Of a DNA stretch of 35,350 bases, positions 18,651 through 28,180 are shown one piece after another; position 1 is the first letter of the stretch; each line of letters opens with the position of its first letter. The stretch is from Candidatus Hermodarchaeota archaeon (lineage in GTDB: Archaea; Asgardarchaeota; Lokiarchaeia; Sigyniarchaeales; SOKP01): assembly GCA_048885535.1 (NCBI GenBank), contig JBHLLO010000030.1, positions 1 to 35,350 of the forward strand, in the 5' to 3' direction. A program made the translations under genes and the position numbers. The notes beneath the pieces are model-generated. The model ran no database searches. It was not told the DNA's origin and saw only the letters and a list, made by a program, of their open reading frames with translations.

Positions 18651-18914
18651 ATGGAAAGATTTTATAAATTAATTAAAAAACCTTTAATAACGGAAAAAAC
18701 CTTTGATTTGATTGAAAAAGAAAATAAACTTGTGTTTATAGTAAACAAATCAGCTAATAAGAATCAAATTAAAAGGGCTTTCGAGAAGATTCATAATGTT
18801 AAAGTCATAAGTGTTAACACATTAATTACAGCTAAAGGGGAAAAAAAAGCCTTCATTAAATTACACCCTGATTATTCTGCTCAAGATATTGCAATAGAAC
18901 TGGGCATATTTTAA
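18651..18914 (+). CDS. rpl23: 50S ribosomal protein uL23
   Basis: PLITEK...ENKLVFIV...VNTLIT.KGEKKAFIKL. Confidence 0.99.
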   Translation: MERFYKLIKKPLITEKTFDLIEKENKLVFIVNKSANKNQIKRAFEKIHNVKVISVNTLITAKGEKKAFIKLHPDYSAQDIAIELGIF

Positions 18915-18915
18915 C

Positions 18916-20028
18916 TCAAACTACTTTAAAATTCTGTATATCAATACTTTTAAAACTTTCATAATTTAATATTTCTAGATTTTTTAAAGATTTTATCTTG
19001 TCCATTTTTAGTAATTTATTATATTCATTCTCATCAAGAATCAGTAAGTAAATTTGATATTTTGAGAAAAATCGCTTAAATATTTTTAAGATCAATTTAT
19101 AATTTAATTTATCTAAAGTTAGGAATACTAGTTTTTGTTCTATGAAGTACAAATATTGATTAATACGTTGAAACTCAATTTGGTTTGATTTTAATAATGC
19201 TTCAAATTTTAGATTAAAGCCTTGAAGATTTATACTTTTAGAATTATTCATATCTAAAAGAGAAGAATTGTCAGGAATATACGGAAAGTGTGTGTCAGTT
19301 AAATTTAATCTCCATAATATTCGATAAGTGTTAGAAATATCAACTTTTAGCTTTTGTATTAATTCGAACTCAAAGATGGTATTCACCTCTTTTTCAATAT
19401 TAATTTGATCTATATTATTATTTTCAATAATATGGATTAAGTATGCGTCTAGAGAGACATAATTGATAAGATAATTGAAATTTAAAATCAAATAACCTTT
19501 TTGGTTAAGATTCTTTATTAAATTTGAAAGTTGAATGATAATTTGAGGTGTATTCTTATGATTTTCAAGGATTATTTTATAAATATCTAAAATTTTATGG
19601 CCTAAATGATTTTTAATTATAATTCCTCCTTCGCCCTTAAGAAATCTCATATTAAAATTTAAATTGTTAAGTATAACATTTATGAACATCGTCTCTAACT
19701 TTTTGTCTTTATATATTTGAATCGATTTATCATAATCGATTAATTTATGATAGAATACGTTAAATAGCTCCATTATCTTACTTTTTTCACTGGCAGTAAA
19801 ACAAAAAATTATTAAAGTTTCCAGATTAGTTGTATCAATTTGAATTGAGTAATAATAAAAATATCCTCTTCTCATTAACTTGTTTAAATGTGGGATTAAT
19901 TGATAAAAGCTTGAAACTTTAATTATAGAAAAGGCATACAATTTTTTACATTTATTCAAACTCTTATAAAAGATTAAATCACTCTCCACTAAATATGATA
20001 ATAATTTGTACTTTCCTTTTTTAGTCAT
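18916..20028 (-). CDS. Hypothetical protein
   Basis: 370-aa ORF with a GTGA ribosome-binding site; no motif recognised. Confidence 0.75.
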   Translation of the reverse strand: MTKKGKYKLLSYLVESDLIFYKSLNKCKKLYAFSIIKVSSFYQLIPHLNKLMRRGYFYYYSIQIDTTNLETLIIFCFTASEKSKIMELFNVFYHKLIDYDKSIQIYKDKKLETMFINVILNNLNFNMRFLKGEGGIIIKNHLGHKILDIYKIILENHKNTPQIIIQLSNLIKNLNQKGYLILNFNYLINYVSLDAYLIHIIENNNIDQINIEKEVNTIFEFELIQKLKVDISNTYRILWRLNLTDTHFPYIPDNSSLLDMNNSKSINLQGFNLKFEALLKSNQIEFQRINQYLYFIEQKLVFLTLDKLNYKLILKIFKRFFSKYQIYLLILDENEYNKLLKMDKIKSLKNLEILNYESFKSIDIQNFKVV

Positions 20029-20165
20029 TTCATAATCACTTTTCAGTAAAATTATAAAAACTTAAATTTTTTTTGAAGAAGACACACTCTCTTTCAACCT
20101 TCTTTATATCTTTATAATAAAATTTTAAATACGGAAGGTTTTTTTTAATATCATAAATTCCATAA

Positions 20166-21422
20166 TTGGTAATTAAATTGCTAAATCAAATAATTAAATA
20201 CATTAACAACTTAAATCCAGCTATAATAGTTCAAGCACCTTCAAGAATCAATCTAATAAACCCTTTAGATGCGGTTGAGGGAGACTTCTGGATGCCTTCA
20301 GTCGCAATAAATGCTTTTAAAAATCCATTATCGACCTTTGTTTATATAAAAACCATTAACAATGAGAGTAGAGTAAAACTTTACGATATAATAAAAGTGG
20401 ACGATAAATTTAACTTTAAAATAATCTATGAAAAAAAATTACCTAAAAGTCGAGCAAAACTTAAAATGAGCATGACCGATGAATTAAAATTAGTTCATGG
20501 AAGTATATACAGATTTTCAAGGACAAATTCGTATTTCTGGGAGAAATTCAAAGAACTAAATATAGAAATTGGGATTATTTCAACTATTCCACGTCAAAGT
20601 GGACTAGGAGGAAGCGCTTCTATTATTATTGCCGTTTTATATGCTCTTGCTAGATATTTTGGAATATATAACAATCTATTGTCTGTAAAGCATCATGAAT
20701 ATCCAATAAATAAAGATATAATTGCTGAGATGGCTACTAAAGTAGAAGTTAAAGATTTAAAAATTACAGCAGGATTTTCAGATCGATATTCTATCTGTAG
20801 AGGTGGTATAGGTTTCTGCTCTTATGTTGGGAAATTATATCATAAGAAAATATCAATGGAACCCATTGCAGTTTATGATAGAATAGATAAAATTTATAAT
20901 ATTACTAATTTACCTGTAATCGTATGTTACTCTGGAATAATACATGATAGTGGGAATGTACATAAAAGACTGAGAAAGTTGTATCTGTTAAATGATTTGT
21001 ATGTTAGGAAGAAATATAAATTATTGGCAAACCTGGCTTGGAAGTCCAGATTTGCTTTAATGAAGCATGATTGGAAATTTTTAGGAGAGCTTTTCAATAA
21101 AAATAATCAAATGATGAATAAAATAATGCAATATGCTGGATTTAAGCATGGAATAGGATTTATCAATAATCTTTTAATAAAACTTATTGAAGACTATCCC
21201 GGAGTTTATGCTGTAAAATTAACTGGTGCAGGAGGTGGAGGCTCTGTATTTGCTTTAACTAATCCTGAGAGAAATGACGAGGTATTATCAGAATGGAAAA
21301 GAAGGTTAAATAATTTGATAAAAAATAAAGGGCATAGATATGACCCAAAATTAATAGAAGATTTAAGGAATGCTGAATTTTTCAAAATTAAGATTTCTTA
21401 TTATGGAGTGAAAAAAATATAA
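20166..21422 (+). CDS. GHMP-superfamily kinase (sugar-kinase/HddA-like; substrate unknown)
   Basis: APSRINL..PLD, IPRQSGLGGSAS (GHMP ATP loop), AGFSDRY and KLTGAGGGGSV. Confidence 0.9.
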   Translation: MVIKLLNQIIKYINNLNPAIIVQAPSRINLINPLDAVEGDFWMPSVAINAFKNPLSTFVYIKTINNESRVKLYDIIKVDDKFNFKIIYEKKLPKSRAKLKMSMTDELKLVHGSIYRFSRTNSYFWEKFKELNIEIGIISTIPRQSGLGGSASIIIAVLYALARYFGIYNNLLSVKHHEYPINKDIIAEMATKVEVKDLKITAGFSDRYSICRGGIGFCSYVGKLYHKKISMEPIAVYDRIDKIYNITNLPVIVCYSGIIHDSGNVHKRLRKLYLLNDLYVRKKYKLLANLAWKSRFALMKHDWKFLGELFNKNNQMMNKIMQYAGFKHGIGFINNLLIKLIEDYPGVYAVKLTGAGGGGSVFALTNPERNDEVLSEWKRRLNNLIKNKGHRYDPKLIEDLRNAEFFKIKISYYGVKKI

Positions 21423-21467
21423 TTGATTAAGTACAAATTTATTATTAATAATTAAAGGAGAATTGAT

Positions 21468-21665
21468 TTGAGTAAATTCGAAAGATATAAGAAACAAGCA
21501 GAGGAATACATTTATCCTCATAAGCACTGCAAGAAATGCGGACAATTAATAGAAGAGGCTTATAGTTATTGTTCAGATTGCTATAAAAAATTAAAAGAAA
21601 AGAAAAAGAGAAAATTGTTTAAATTCTGGAAGAAAACGAAGAAGGAAAACAACCTAAATAAATAG
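21468..21665 (+). CDS. DUF2116-like Zn-ribbon protein
   Basis: PHKHCKKCG..I......CSDC followed by a basic helix. GGAG upstream of the TTG start. Confidence 0.8.
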   Translation: MSKFERYKKQAEEYIYPHKHCKKCGQLIEEAYSYCSDCYKKLKEKKKRKLFKFWKKTKKENNLNK

Positions 21666-21673
21666 TTAGGATA

Positions 21674-23383
21674 TTAATCCAAAATTAGGCTTAATCTATG
21701 TAATAACCATTCTCTATCTAACATAGCAATAAAAGGTCCTAAACGAGGACCTGATAATTTACCTAGAAGAATGAGATAAAATGCTTCAAACATCTTTTTA
21801 GGAGCTATTTTTAATTCCTTTTTAGCAATAGAGAAGATTTTATTTTGAATAGTATCAGGCTTTAAACCTTGATTATGTTTAATAAAATCTCTAAAAATTG
21901 AAATCCCTTTCATTTGATTATTATCTAACTTATTTATAATAAGATCATCTACTCCCTCTGGTATAGAAAAAATGTCTACTTTCTTAAGGATATTTTTCTT
22001 TTTTTTAGTATCTTCCATCTCATTCAAAATCTCCTTGATTTCATTTAGCCAATTTTCAGTCCTTTTTAATAGAAATTTAAATTCTTCAAAAGGTAAGTCT
22101 TTTTCCTTTATATCTACAACTTGAATTGCCTTTTCATAAATTTTTTCTGCGGTTATAATATTTTGAAGCTGGGTAAAATAGGTTAGGAATTTAAATGGAA
22201 CTTTTACGGGTTTGACTTCAGGGAGCTCGCCTATTTTAGTTAGAGGATAAATATATTTGAAAAATTCTAATTCTTGTTCTGATTCGGCTTTATCATTATT
22301 ATAAAAAATATCTTCCATTCGTTCAAAATAATCATGATATTGCGTCATTTCCTCTAATCTTAATGATATATGTTTCATTGGATTTGTTCTATTTATCAGC
22401 ATTCGATATATCTCAGGATCTGCTAATTCTAGATATGTTTTTGGTGTAAGTACTATCCCCTTTGATGTTTTCATATCCTGATCTCCAAGTCTAAGCCATT
22501 CATATGGAAGTTTGACGGGACCTTCATATTGGAAAATTTTTTTACATATTTCTAGGCCAGTATCATAAGCTCCTCCTTTTACACTATGATCCTTGCCTGC
22601 GGGTTCACATGTGGTATTGAACATTGCCCATTTTGCAGGCCAATCAATACGCCAATTTAATTTCAGTCTACCACTATATACAGAAACCTTTCCTTTATAA
22701 TTACAAGCAGGACATTCATAAGTGACTTCATCGGCCTCCATAATATATGATAACACTCTATTGGGTGAAATTGAACCATCAATGTTTATATTTTGGAGTT
22801 TATTGCAATTCTCACACAATACCATCACAGGCATCCAATTTCTTTGCATTTCTATAAATTCTTGTTTCCTTTCATCGCTTAAAGTTGGTAAAATGAATTT
22901 TTTTAAAATTTTTTTAATTGAATCTACATTTATAAGAGCTAATTTAATCTTATCTTGCATTGCTTTCTTTTGATATAGTTTGAATGACCATATTATCTCA
23001 TTTTTAATACCAAAATCAATAAATGTGGAAATCAATTCATTTCCAAAATGTTCTGCATAGCTTTCACATCCACAATCAGAAAAAGGGCATGGGATCAAAA
23101 AAAATGGTTTTCCTAAATTTTTTTCAGCAAATTCTTTATCAATGTAAGCAGGAAAGCGCTTAGCAGCATCAAAATCATCCATAAATAGATAAAATCTAAC
23201 ATTTTTCCCCATATCTTCAAAGACTCTCCTTAAAGCATCACAAATTATAATTTCTCTCAAAATACCAATATGAATATGCCCTGAAGGCGTTTTTCCAGTA
23301 GATAAAATTATTTCTGAGGCATTTTTCTTTAATATTTGTTCTATAGTTTCTTCTAACCAATGAATAGAAATTTCTTCACTCAA
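21674..23383 (-). CDS. lysS: Class I lysine--tRNA ligase
   Basis: TPSGHIHIG (HIGH), KLNWRIDWPAKW, EPAGKDH, MKTSKG (KMSKS-like) and GPRLGPF. Confidence 0.98.
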   Translation of the reverse strand: MSEEISIHWLEETIEQILKKNASEIILSTGKTPSGHIHIGILREIIICDALRRVFEDMGKNVRFYLFMDDFDAAKRFPAYIDKEFAEKNLGKPFFLIPCPFSDCGCESYAEHFGNELISTFIDFGIKNEIIWSFKLYQKKAMQDKIKLALINVDSIKKILKKFILPTLSDERKQEFIEMQRNWMPVMVLCENCNKLQNINIDGSISPNRVLSYIMEADEVTYECPACNYKGKVSVYSGRLKLNWRIDWPAKWAMFNTTCEPAGKDHSVKGGAYDTGLEICKKIFQYEGPVKLPYEWLRLGDQDMKTSKGIVLTPKTYLELADPEIYRMLINRTNPMKHISLRLEEMTQYHDYFERMEDIFYNNDKAESEQELEFFKYIYPLTKIGELPEVKPVKVPFKFLTYFTQLQNIITAEKIYEKAIQVVDIKEKDLPFEEFKFLLKRTENWLNEIKEILNEMEDTKKKKNILKKVDIFSIPEGVDDLIINKLDNNQMKGISIFRDFIKHNQGLKPDTIQNKIFSIAKKELKIAPKKMFEAFYLILLGKLSGPRLGPFIAMLDREWLLHRLSLILD

Positions 23384-23469
23384 ATTACTTTCCTTTTTTG
23401 TTCTTTCCTTTACTGATTAAATGATAAAAATTATTTATCATTTTTCATTTAAAATTGTCGTGAAGCATT

Positions 23470-25275
23470 ATGAGGATTGCTGTTCTCAATAAGGATCGTT
23501 GTAAACCTGATAAATGTAGCCCATTTGGTGAAAAGCCATGTATTAAGTATTGTCCAAGAGTAAGAACTGGTGATAAAACCATTATTTTAAATCCAAGTAA
23601 TAAGTTTGTCGAAATTACAGAAAATTTATGCACTGGTTGCGGAATTTGTATAAAAAAATGTCCTTTTAAATCGATAAGCATAGTTAATTTACCAGATCCC
23701 TTAAAGAATCAAATAGTTTTTCGGTATGGTCCCGATCAGTTTTCTCTTTTTAGAATGGCTATTCCAAAAAAGGGAAAGGTTTTAGGATTAATTGGACAAA
23801 ATGGTATAGGGAAGTCCACCATGTTAAGGATTCTGTCCGGAGATTTAACGATAAATCTAGGAAGATTTGATGAATCCAAACCTGATGATAATGAAGTTAT
23901 TGATTTTTTTAAAGGCTCAGAGCTACAACAATATTTTCTTGATTTAAAAAAGAAAAAGATTAATATTGTTCATAAACCACAAAATATTACTTCTATTCCA
24001 AAATTTGTGTCAGGTAAAGTTTTCGACTTATTAAATAAGAATGATGAAGAAAATAAATTAGATTCAATCTCAAATTCATTAAATCTTACTGAGATATTAG
24101 ATCGTGAAATTAATGTTTTATCTGGAGGTGAATTACAAAGGGTCGCTGTAGCAGCTGCATATCTAAAAAATGGAGATGTCTATCTAATTGATGAACCAAG
24201 TTCATATTTAGATGTAAGTGAAAGAATTAATATGGCTAAAATAATTAGGTCCTTGGCTCAAGAAAACAAGATAATAATAGTCGTAGAACATGATTTAGCA
24301 ATTTTGGATTATTTAAGTGATTATATCTCATTATTCTATGGCGAACCTGGTGTTTATGGTATTATTTCTCACCCCCAAGGCGTAAGAGTAGGAATAAATA
24401 TTTATTTAAATGGATATATTAAAGATGAGAACTTAAGAATAAGAGAAGTGCCGATAGTGTTCCACGAGAGACCTCCTATAACTTCTTCTTTTGATTCAGG
24501 CGAGGTAATTTTTATTTATGAAGATTTCGAAAAAATTTTGGGGAATTTTCACCTAGATGTTATGGGAACTGAGATTCATGCCGGTGAAATAATTGGAATA
24601 TTAGGACCAAATGGGATTGGTAAGACAACCTTTATAAATTCGATAATAGAGAAGATTAATTCAAATAAAGTAGACTCAGACGATTACAACAGTTTTAAAG
24701 TTTCTGCTAAATCCCAATATATTAAAATAGAGCATTTTAATTTAGTTTCTGAACTGGTTAAAAAAATAGAACTATCGCCTTATTTTAGTCAATCTTATAA
24801 AAAAAGGATTTTAAATGCCTTGAATCTTGATAACATAATTGAGCGTAACATATTAGAACTAAGTGGAGGAGAACTACAAAGAGTTGCTATAGCAGATTGC
24901 TTAACAAATAAAGCTGATTTATATCTTTTAGATGAACCTTCAGCCTTTTTGGATGTAGAGATGAGGTTACAAGTAGCTCAGCTTTTAAGAAAGTCAATTG
25001 AGGAAATCAAGAAAGCTGCTTTTGTTGTCGAGCATGATATAATAACTCAAGACTTTATAGCCGACTCCATTTTAGTTTTTGAGGGAACTCCTGGTATTAA
25101 AGGGCAAGCATTAGTCCCTCTTAATCTAAGAGATGGTTTTAATAAATTTTTAAAAATAATGGGGATTACTTTTCGCAGGGATTCCTCCACAAAAAGACCT
25201 CGTGTTAATAAGTTAGGTAGCTCAAAAGATCAGTATCAGAAACGAATTGAAGAATACTATTTTATCCCAAAATGA
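23470..25275 (+). CDS. rli: ABCE1/RLI ribosome-recycling ATPase
   Basis: N-terminal 2x[4Fe-4S] Cys motif, two ABC domains (GQNGIGKST and GPNGIGKTT, LSGGELQR twice) and C-terminal TFRRD..RPRVNK. Confidence 0.98.
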   Translation: MRIAVLNKDRCKPDKCSPFGEKPCIKYCPRVRTGDKTIILNPSNKFVEITENLCTGCGICIKKCPFKSISIVNLPDPLKNQIVFRYGPDQFSLFRMAIPKKGKVLGLIGQNGIGKSTMLRILSGDLTINLGRFDESKPDDNEVIDFFKGSELQQYFLDLKKKKINIVHKPQNITSIPKFVSGKVFDLLNKNDEENKLDSISNSLNLTEILDREINVLSGGELQRVAVAAAYLKNGDVYLIDEPSSYLDVSERINMAKIIRSLAQENKIIIVVEHDLAILDYLSDYISLFYGEPGVYGIISHPQGVRVGINIYLNGYIKDENLRIREVPIVFHERPPITSSFDSGEVIFIYEDFEKILGNFHLDVMGTEIHAGEIIGILGPNGIGKTTFINSIIEKINSNKVDSDDYNSFKVSAKSQYIKIEHFNLVSELVKKIELSPYFSQSYKKRILNALNLDNIIERNILELSGGELQRVAIADCLTNKADLYLLDEPSAFLDVEMRLQVAQLLRKSIEEIKKAAFVVEHDIITQDFIADSILVFEGTPGIKGQALVPLNLRDGFNKFLKIMGITFRRDSSTKRPRVNKLGSSKDQYQKRIEEYYFIPK

Positions 25276-25300
25276 TTAGTAAAAATATTTTACCTTTACA

Positions 25301-25474
25301 CTCCTACATTTCGAATGGAAATTAGATGTTCAAATTTACCTAAAATTAAACTAATCAAATAATTAATAAAATTATTTATATATAATGTAAAAATAATTAG
25401 CTGGGACGCTTTTAATATTATTTAATATAATTTTACATTAAGTTTTAATTTGTAAGTTCCATTGGAAATAAAAC
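25301..25474. other. Candidate replication origin: inverted ORB-like boxes flanking an AT-rich spacer
   Basis: TTCCATTCGAAATGTAGGAG on the minus strand (25320-25301) and GTTCCATTGGAAATAAAAC on the plus strand (25456-25474), about 135 bp apart, between convergent genes. Confidence 0.5.
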
Positions 25475-25511
25475 TGTCTTTAATATTTTATTATTGCCTT
25501 AATAACTCTAA

Positions 25512-25766
25512 TTATTCTTTTAATTTCCATAATACTAAAGGCCTCCCACGCTTCCCATTATTCCTTGAAAATTTTTCGATCAATTTAATTTTCTGTAACT
25601 TTAATAAATTATCATAAATTGTTGTTCGTGGGGTATTCAGTTCCTTTACAAGTTCACTTCTAGATAACGGACCAGTCTTTTGAAGTGTTTTAAATAAATT
25701 ATGTTGTATAGGAGTTAAATAAACTTTTGAATTAATCTCTTTATTTAACAATACTTTATCTGCCAA
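25512..25766 (-). CDS. Small wHTH DNA-binding protein (TrmB-N/HTH-like)
   Basis: GPLSRSELVKELNTPRTTIYDNLLKL...GRPLVLW. GGAGG upstream of the TTG start. Confidence 0.9.
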   Translation of the reverse strand: MADKVLLNKEINSKVYLTPIQHNLFKTLQKTGPLSRSELVKELNTPRTTIYDNLLKLQKIKLIEKFSRNNGKRGRPLVLWKLKE

Positions 25767-25990
25767 ATTTTATTCCTCCACTAAAAATTATTTTTAATTT
25801 ATTTCAATATACATCTCGACAATTTTTCGACATTTTTTGTTTAAGGTTAAAAGAGAGCTTTATAATATAATATAAATGCTAATTATATATAAAGATGCTT
25901 ATTGATGACTTATTATCACCAAAAAGCATAGATTTATTAACGACAAAAATATTGTAATATTGGATACTAAAAATAAATAATTAAGAATTT

Positions 25991-26365
25991 ATGACCGAAA
26001 CCTCTCGAACGACAGTAACACTTAGTAAAATAAGTATGGATCAAGTGAAAGAATTAGTAGGAGTCTTTGGAAATACTCCTGCTGCCGTAATAAGTAAAAT
26101 AGTGGAACATTTTTTTGATTATGGAAAGTTTGATGACGTATTAAATCGATTAGTGGCAAAGAAAAGAGAGTTATATCCTCCTGATGAAAAAATAATAGAA
26201 AGAAAAATTAAGGACTTATTTAAGGGAGCAAACAAAATCCCTTTAGAAGAATTCATTGACTATCTAGAAATCAGTAAGAAATATCTCTTTAAGGAAATTC
26301 ATAAATGGAAAGAAAAATATAATATCAAGATTGAAGAGAATCTGATTATAAAAAACTCAGAATAA
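25991..26365 (+). CDS. Putative ribbon-helix-helix DNA-binding protein with a C-terminal HTH-like domain
   Basis: RTTVTLS..SMDQVKELVGVFGNTPAAVISKIVEHF fits an RHH; IPLEEFIDYLEISKKYL fits an HTH. Confidence 0.65.
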   Translation: MTETSRTTVTLSKISMDQVKELVGVFGNTPAAVISKIVEHFFDYGKFDDVLNRLVAKKRELYPPDEKIIERKIKDLFKGANKIPLEEFIDYLEISKKYLFKEIHKWKEKYNIKIEENLIIKNSE

Positions 26366-26396
26366 GGAGTTGTTTATCATATTTCCAGTTTAATTA

Positions 26397-26609
26397 TTAT
26401 CCTATCAAAGAAAAAAAATTATTTGATAAACCTAATGTCCAATCCAACAAAGAAGTTATAATCCCGACTAAAATAAAAAATATAAACAAAGCAAATCCAA
26501 TAAGCAATGCATATTCTACTAAATTTCCACCATCTTCCTCTATAAAAAACCGTTTAAGAAGATGTTTTAATCTCTTAAGTTCTGTTTTTAAAACCAAATC
26601 TAAAACCAC
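26397..26609 (-). CDS. Flp/Fap-type (type IVb/c) pilin
   Basis: LKRFFIEEDG|GNLVEYALL has G-1, E+5 and Y+6, followed by a hydrophobic helix and a C-terminal F. The mature pilin is about 43 aa. Confidence 0.85.
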   Translation of the reverse strand: MVLDLVLKTELKRLKHLLKRFFIEEDGGNLVEYALLIGFALFIFFILVGIITSLLDWTLGLSNNFFSLIG

Positions 26610-26685
26610 AGCAGATTTTATTAATATTAATTATGAATTTAGATATTTAAACAACCATTTTTTTCATGGAATGGCTTTAGAGAAT

Positions 26686-27099
26686 TTATTTATTTAACAG
26701 TTTAATTATTTCATTAAGTTCTTTTTCATTAGCTTGATTTCTTGGAATTTTTAATCTAAACTTACCATCATTAATACTTCTAGGGATAATATGAACATGA
26801 AAATGATCAATAACCTGACCAGCAGCTCTGAAGTTATTTTGTAATATATTATATCCATCGATATTTAACTTTTCATGGAGAAGTTTTGCGCAAATCTTAA
26901 CGATCTTAAAAACTTCTACAAGATCATTTTCAGGAATATCTTCGATATTTTGATAATGGTTTTTAGGTGCTATAATCAAATGACCTTTCGAAATTGGAAA
27001 GATATCTAAAAACCCTATAACATATTCATTTTCATAAATAATTTTTGAACTAATTGTTCTTTCTATTATTTGACAAAATGTACAGTTTTCAATTCTCAT
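26686..27099 (-). CDS. HIT-family hydrolase
   Basis: CTFCQI, FLDIFPISKGH and AGQVIDHFHVHIIPR. Confidence 0.96.
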   Translation of the reverse strand: MRIENCTFCQIIERTISSKIIYENEYVIGFLDIFPISKGHLIIAPKNHYQNIEDIPENDLVEVFKIVKICAKLLHEKLNIDGYNILQNNFRAAGQVIDHFHVHIIPRSINDGKFRLKIPRNQANEKELNEIIKLLNK

Positions 27100-27233
27100 A
27101 ATCTTACTTTTAAATTTAATTTTCTAAAATTTTTTGCACTTTTAAATGAATTTTTTAAATAATAAAAAAGTTACACCCTCTTTCTTTTTTTAAACACATA
27201 ATAAATCTTTTTCATAGTTAAGACTCTATTAAA

Positions 27234-28055
27234 TTGGTTATGTTATTAAAAGAAATTGTAACTTTATTGGAAAAAGAATTATCACCAAAAGTATACAATT
27301 TTAAAGAAGATATATATGGTCTTCATTATGGTCAGCAATCAAAAAATAAGATAATTAAAAAAATTATGATTACACCTGACCTAAGTTTAGAGTCAATACA
27401 TTACGCTCTGAAAAAAAAGGTAAATCTTATTATCTCTCTTAATGGATTAATTAGTAAGCCAATAACTCAATTTAATTCTGACTTAATAAATAAATTAACT
27501 TTACTCTCAAGATATCCAATCAATATTTTTGTGTTAAATCACTCATTTATTGCGGCTGAGGGCGGTATTTTAGATACTATTATGAATGCCTTATATTTAA
27601 AATTTGATAAACCTTTTTTCGCTAAGAGTAATGATAATAGGCTTATTCCAATTGGAAGGCTTTGCTTTCCAAATATTTATCCAAATTGTGGCAAATCATT
27701 TAATATGGTAGAACTTCTTATGAGAATAAAATCAAATCTAGAAATAAAGAATATTTTCTACGTAGGTGATTTAAACAGATCCATTGAAAAGATTTGTATT
27801 ATTGGAGGAGAGTTATTAATAGATGAATACTTACAGGAATTACATGAATTAGGTTGTGATTGTCTTATCACAGGAGAAATTGATGATAACATTGCAAAGT
27901 ATGCCAAAGAGAAAGGAATCTGTCTGATAAAGCTACCCTTATTTAAAATTAAGGTACTTGCCCTAAGAAAGTTCTACAATATCCTCAGCTTAAGATATCC
28001 AAATGATACTTTTTTCTTTTTTAAGGCTGAAAATCCATTAAAGTCATACAATTAG
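27234..28055 (+). CDS. Nif3/YbgI-like protein with degenerate metal site
   Basis: Family scaffold present (L.EIV..LE..LSP, YGL.YG, IKKIMITPDLS, IGR, KICIIGG, CLITGE), but the His ligands are absent. Confidence 0.8.
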   Translation: MVMLLKEIVTLLEKELSPKVYNFKEDIYGLHYGQQSKNKIIKKIMITPDLSLESIHYALKKKVNLIISLNGLISKPITQFNSDLINKLTLLSRYPINIFVLNHSFIAAEGGILDTIMNALYLKFDKPFFAKSNDNRLIPIGRLCFPNIYPNCGKSFNMVELLMRIKSNLEIKNIFYVGDLNRSIEKICIIGGELLIDEYLQELHELGCDCLITGEIDDNIAKYAKEKGICLIKLPLFKIKVLALRKFYNILSLRYPNDTFFFFKAENPLKSYN

Positions 28056-28180
28056 ATTTATAGATTAATAAAAGTTTAAATTTATTAAAACTAAAAGTAG
28101 ATTAAATATCTTATAAAATTAAATAAGATATCTTTTTTATAATACTTTAACTGTTTAAAAAAAGAATCTAGTGATTAAAT

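Noticed and set aside
20166-21422. Calling the GHMP kinase mevalonate kinase or galactokinase
   Set aside because: Substrate-specific motifs are not diagnostic by eye, and there is no pathway context.
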